Positions 47,134 to 50,713 of a stretch of DNA of 50,713 nucleotides are shown here, in pieces. Every line of letters begins with the position of its first letter. Within the stretch, counting starts at the first letter, position 1. The position numbers and the translations under genes were made by a program. Origin of the DNA: Colwellia sp. (GTDB lineage: Bacteria > Pseudomonadota > Gammaproteobacteria > Enterobacterales > Alteromonadaceae); NCBI GenBank assembly GCA_022969175.1, contig JALJPB010000027.1, forward strand, positions 1 through 50,713. Direction: 5' to 3'. The notes under the pieces were generated by a model. It had not been told where the DNA came from. It was given only the letters and a program-made list of their open reading frames with translations, and did no database searches.

Positions 47134-47862
47134 ATGTTTACTAATAAAGAAGGCGATACGATACCGTCAGTATCATTTCCAATTCGTGAAAATAATCAAT
47201 GGTCAGCTCGTTCAACAGACGATATTTTTACTAATAAAACCGTAGTGGTTTTTTCATTACCCGGTGCGTTTACTCCAACTTGTTCGTCAGCTCACTTACC
47301 ACGATATAGTGAGTTAGCAAAAACATTCTTTGCCAACGGTGTTGACGAAATTATTTGTATTTCAGTGAACGATACTTTTGTTATGAATGCTTGGGCTGCT
47401 GATCAATCCACAGAAAATGTCAGTTTAATTCCTGATGGTAACGGAGATTTTACCGATGCGATGGGGCTATTGGTTGATAAAAAGGAATTGGGTTTTGGCA
47501 AACGTAGTTGGCGTTACGCTATGTTAGTGAAAAATGGTGTTATCGACAAAATGTTTATTGAGCCAAATAAAGCCGGTGACCCATTCGAAGTATCAGATGC
47601 AGATACTATGCTTAACTACATCAACCCTAATGCAGTTAAGCCAAATGCGATATCTGTTTTGACTAAACCTGGCTGTGAATTTTGCGCCAAATCAAAAGCA
47701 TTATTGACTGAGAAAGGTTTAGCCTTTGAAGAGCTAATTCTTGGTGAGCATATTAGTGCAATAGCTTTTAGAGCAATTACCAACGCTGAAACTTATCCAC
47801 AAGTGTTTATTAATGGTGAACTAATTGGCGATAGTGAAGCATTAGCTGCGTATATTGGCTAA
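47134..47862 (+). CDS. Hybrid peroxiredoxin-glutaredoxin (Prx5-type peroxiredoxin fused to a Grx domain)
   Basis: PGAFTPTCSSAHLP peroxidatic-Cys motif; C-terminal KPGCEFCAKSK glutaredoxin CxxC motif; GGAG RBS. Confidence 0.85.
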   Translation: MFTNKEGDTIPSVSFPIRENNQWSARSTDDIFTNKTVVVFSLPGAFTPTCSSAHLPRYSELAKTFFANGVDEIICISVNDTFVMNAWAADQSTENVSLIPDGNGDFTDAMGLLVDKKELGFGKRSWRYAMLVKNGVIDKMFIEPNKAGDPFEVSDADTMLNYINPNAVKPNAISVLTKPGCEFCAKSKALLTEKGLAFEELILGEHISAIAFRAITNAETYPQVFINGELIGDSEALAAYIG

Positions 47863-47952
47863 CGAGCCAAACCAGAAAGTAGAGATAAAGTTCTGCTTTC
47901 TGGTTTGTTATGGATATAATGGACTTTATTCATAGACAGGCATTTATTCATA

Positions 47953-48183
47953 ATGAATGAACAACCATTTAATCCTCTTCACGGTGTTACATTAAAAACC
48001 ATAGTCACAGAACTTGAAGCTCATTTTGGTTTTAGTGAATTAGGCGGGATAATTAATATTCGCTGCTTTACTCATGATCCCAGCATAAAATCTAGTTTGA
48101 AATTCTTACGAAAAACGCCTTGGGCAAGAGAAAAGGTCGAAGCGCTCTATATTAAAAACCAACACCTGTTCAGTGATAAATAA
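47953..48183 (+). CDS. VF530/DUF2132-family small protein (second paralog)
   Basis: 76 aa; [19 protein letters not shown]...[19 protein letters not shown]. Confidence 0.5.
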   Translation: MNEQPFNPLHGVTLKTIVTELEAHFGFSELGGIINIRCFTHDPSIKSSLKFLRKTPWAREKVEALYIKNQHLFSDK

Positions 48184-48308
48184 TATTGACTGGCTATGAT
48201 ATATATTATTGTGCTCTAACCCTTATCTAATAAAAGCCAACAAAAACTAGCAAAAAGTTAAAAAATTTATAATGATGTTAGCTCACACTCATCAACAATA
48301 AGTTTCCA

Positions 48309-49166
48309 ATGTCCGAAATTAATCACTATACCTTAACCTGGCAGTGTCCAGACTCTTCAGGTGTTTTAGCTAAGATCACTCAGTGTTTATTTACCCATGG
48401 TGCTTTTATTACTGAAACGTCACAATATAGTGATCCCTACACAAGTACGTTTTTTTCAAGAATTGCATTTGACGACCGTAACTTAACGGTACCTATTGAC
48501 GAATTTAGCCAAGCAGTTGAAAATTTGGCTCAGCCTTTAAATATGGAATTTCAATTACGTAACAAAGAGAACTTACCTAATATTGTTATTGCGGTATCAA
48601 AAGATGATCATTGTTTAGTTTCATTATTAACTAAATGGAAAGCGGGTGTATTACCAGTAAATATTGTTGCTGTTTTATCTAATCATACCAATTGTCAATC
48701 TTTAGCACAGTGGCATGATGTCCCTTTTCATCATTTGCCTATTGATAAAACAAATAAACCACAACAAGAAGCTCAAATTCTTAAAGTATTAAAACAAGCA
48801 GATGCAGAATTATTAGTACTGGCTCGGTACATGCAAATTTTATCTGATGAACTGTGCATTAAACTCAGTGGTCATGCTATTAATATTCATCATTCATTTT
48901 TACCCAGTTTTAAAGGGGCTAAACCTTATCACCAAGCACATGCACGTGGCGTTAAGGTCATTGGTGCAACAGCACATTATGTGACAGCTGATTTAGATGA
49001 AGGCCCGATTATTGTTCAAGAAGTTAAACCCATTAATCATACTTTTACCGTAGAGCAAATGAAGCACATGGGTCATGATTTAGAAGCTGTTGCTTTATGC
49101 CATGCCGTGAAAATGCATGCCGAACAACGTATTTGTATTAATGGCAGTAAAACCGTTATTTTGTAA
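48309..49166 (+). CDS. purU: Formyltetrahydrofolate deformylase (ACT domain plus formyltransferase domain)
   Basis: 285 aa; N-terminal ACT, SNH...NIHHSFLP...HYVT..LDEGPII formyltransferase motifs. Confidence 0.9.
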   Translation: MSEINHYTLTWQCPDSSGVLAKITQCLFTHGAFITETSQYSDPYTSTFFSRIAFDDRNLTVPIDEFSQAVENLAQPLNMEFQLRNKENLPNIVIAVSKDDHCLVSLLTKWKAGVLPVNIVAVLSNHTNCQSLAQWHDVPFHHLPIDKTNKPQQEAQILKVLKQADAELLVLARYMQILSDELCIKLSGHAINIHHSFLPSFKGAKPYHQAHARGVKVIGATAHYVTADLDEGPIIVQEVKPINHTFTVEQMKHMGHDLEAVALCHAVKMHAEQRICINGSKTVIL

Positions 49167-49371
49167 AGTTTAGCTATAATGAACAGTCATTATTTGTCAG
49201 TCCTTCAAAGTTTTAATGAACCTATACCTTTGTAAGGAATTAAATACAGCCGTATTAATTTACTGCCAATTGGCGAGTATTCAATTACCGTGAAAACATA
49301 CTACTGTGTTGCACTTTATGGTAAAAATCACCAATGAATTAATCGCGCCAACAAATAGTAAGTGGAACCTT

Positions 49372-49902
49372 ATGATCAACATTGAAAAAATCCATCATGT
49401 CGCTTATCGCTGCAAAGATGCCAAAGAAACTACTCAGTGGTATCAAGATAAGCTGAACATGAAGTTAATTTTGGCTATTGCTGAAAATGAAGTGCCTTCA
49501 ACCAAAGCTCCTGATCCCTACATGCATATTTTTTTAGATGCAGGCAATGAAAATGTTTTGGCCTTTTTTGAAATCCCAAATTCTCCTGATATGGGCCGAG
49601 ATGAAAATACCCCTGCATGGGTACAACATTTAGCCTTAAGAGTAGCAAATTTAGAAGCACTTCATGAAGCTAAGGAGTCGTTAGAAGCTCAAGGTGTTGA
49701 TGTTTTAGGACCGGTAAATCATGGTGTTTTTAAATCGATATATTTCTTCGATCCCAATGGCCACCGTTTAGAGCTTGCTGCTAATACGGGAACAGCAGAG
49801 CAATTTAAATCCCTTAATAAAGTTGCACAAGACATGATTGACGAATGGGCTGTAACCAAAAGAGCGCCTAGTCATGCTGCATGGTTACATGAACAAGACT
49901 AA
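49372..49902 (+). CDS. VOC-family (glyoxalase/extradiol-dioxygenase-like) protein
   Basis: IHHVAYRCKD...HIFL and HLALRV...YFFDPNGHRLEL tandem VOC modules; start re-set to the ATG at 49372. Confidence 0.7.
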   Translation: MINIEKIHHVAYRCKDAKETTQWYQDKLNMKLILAIAENEVPSTKAPDPYMHIFLDAGNENVLAFFEIPNSPDMGRDENTPAWVQHLALRVANLEALHEAKESLEAQGVDVLGPVNHGVFKSIYFFDPNGHRLELAANTGTAEQFKSLNKVAQDMIDEWAVTKRAPSHAAWLHEQD

Positions 49903-49926
49903 ATTATTAACTTCTCTTAAAAAATG

Positions 49927-49957
49927 AAAGCCGTTACTTTCAGGTAGTGGCTTTTTA
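49927..49957 (+). terminator. Probable intrinsic terminator (imperfect stem with G-U pairs plus T-run)
   Basis: aaaGCCGTTACtttcagGTAGTGGCttttt. Confidence 0.35.
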
Positions 49958-50200
49958 TATTCATTTGTATTTAAAGTTAAATCCAACGAAATTTATCGTA
50001 CAAAACACTTACGACACAAAGTAATATATTAGCCATAAACTTTGTAAGACATTTGCCATAGATTAGCTTGAATTGTGATAAAAAACCTGACAATTGTATT
50101 TTTTTATCCTAATAAAACAGATGATTAATTATATGAACTCACTTTAAGGTTAAATATTTTCATTTTACAACTTGTCTCAAATAAACACTGCAGTAAAGTA

Positions 50201-50228
50201 TTGACCAGCTACTTTAGTAGCACATAAT
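50201..50228 (+). promoter_or_regulatory. Near-consensus sigma-70 promoter TTGACC-N16-CATAAT with an embedded palindrome AGCTACT-TT-AGTAGC in the spacer
   Basis: Read directly; the palindrome between -35 and -10 suggests repressor control. Confidence 0.45.
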
Positions 50229-50234
50229 AAAAAT

Positions 50235-50336
50235 ATGGAAACAAACGTACGGAAAGCGATTATCATTATTTTAAAATTGACAATAATGATCTTAAAAATA
50301 CGGATGATTAATTTTAAATCAGGAAGATTTGTATAA
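50235..50336 (+). CDS. Possible leaderless 33-aa hydrophobic/basic peptide (METNVRKAIIIILKLTIMILKIRMINFKSGRFV)
   Basis: ATG lies 7 nt after the -10 hexamer; no SD; single predicted TM helix; transcript would end at the 50500 terminator. Confidence 0.2.
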   Translation: METNVRKAIIIILKLTIMILKIRMINFKSGRFV

Positions 50337-50499
50337 TTGAATAATCAGTCCAGTGGACTTTATGGATAGTCAATAAAGCGTCAGGAAGACCGAAAATAAA
50401 AAACAAGGTACGGAAACGTTAAAAATAATAAAGGAAGAGTGCGAGAAAACAACAGGGATTTACGAATCGGTTAGGATAGCCATAGGGTATTTTTACGAA

Positions 50500-50525
50500 G
50501 CGATGACAATGTCATCGCTTTTTTT
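50500..50525 (+). terminator. Strong intrinsic terminator GCGATGACA-a-TGTCATCGC-T7
   Basis: Perfect 9-bp palindromic stem followed by tttttttt. Confidence 0.7.
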
Positions 50526-50713
50526 ATATTCAAGGATGAATCATCATGATTTTAGTTCCAGACAAATCATAAGTACTTACATCCATGTAAGTAATGTCGT
50601 GGTGCCATGGATGGCAAAGAACGACGATATTCAAGGACTATCTCTAAAGGTAAGTCATCATGATTTTAGTTCCAGACAAATCATAAGTACTTACATCCTT
50701 GTAAGTAATGTCG
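50526..50713 (+). repeat. Two tandem copies (second ends at the window edge) of a unit: ATATTCAAGGA - variable linker - 59-nt core containing mini-ORF ATG ATT TTA GTT CCA GAC AAA TCA TAA (MILVPDKS) plus hairpin ACTTACA-tcca-TGTAAGT
   Basis: Cores at 50541..50599 and 50655..50713 differ at one position; AAGGA lies 9 nt upstream of each ATG. Confidence 0.5.

Noticed and set aside
50526-50713. CRISPR array
   Set aside because: Only two copies, 59-nt core (too long), unequal spacing (4 versus 17-nt linker plus a shared flanking block), each copy encodes the same mini-ORF, and there are no cas genes nearby.
1-50713. Prophage, integron, IS or genomic-island signatures (integrase, transposase, tRNA-flanked direct repeats)
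   Set aside because: None found on either strand; no tRNA or rRNA genes recognised.

Overview
This 50.7-kb window looks like AT-rich chromosomal DNA from a gammaproteobacterium, probably a marine Alteromonadales- or Vibrio-like organism. That guess rests on gene content only: polA, gabDT with a LysR regulator, srkA-dsbA, ccoG, arfA, hutFG, purU and a Prx5-Grx hybrid. Coding density is high and I see no integrase, transposase, phage gene or CRISPR array. Many ORF-track starts are TTG or GTG extensions; I re-set starts only where a downstream ATG with a Shine-Dalgarno sequence and a signal peptide is evident. Features, left to right: (1) A cytidylyltransferase-like gene. (2) Two divergently arranged paralogous modules: a beta-lactamase-fold serine hydrolase with a C-terminal TPR, a small membrane protein, an ECF sigma factor, plus a possible anti-sigma in module A. 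Both plus-strand transcription units are preceded by near-identical ECF-type promoter motifs. (3) gabT and gabD with a divergent LysR regulator. (4) An operon of a cupredoxin-like periplasmic protein, a degenerate-GGDEF/intact-EAL membrane protein and an outer-membrane beta-barrel. (5) polA with two consensus DnaA boxes upstream and an unusually distant terminator downstream. (6) A gene-poor scarred stretch with a promoter/terminator-bracketed candidate sRNA, tandem AGGA-loop hairpin repeats and a gene remnant. (7) arfA, VOC, FMN reductase, SMP-30-like, AraC and a sulfatase with a non-canonical C-S-V-T-R active-site motif. (8) The most interesting locus: a minus-strand operon of a YqiJ/NfeD-like membrane protein, a YqiK-like flotillin (SPFH plus long Ala/Glu coiled coil) and a giant 1744-aa protein carrying a MoxR-type AAA+ core embedded in large N-terminal, coiled-coil and C-terminal regions. 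I do not recognise this combination as a described system. (9) A TonB-dependent receptor, two VF530/DUF2132 paralogs, srkA-dsbA, ccoG, hutF-hutG, an orphan hybrid histidine kinase, Prx5-Grx, purU and a VOC protein. (10) A 3' non-coding tail with a near-consensus promoter, a 33-codon hydrophobic ORF, a strong terminator and the start of a tandem repeat carrying a mini-ORF plus hairpin, truncated by the window edge.
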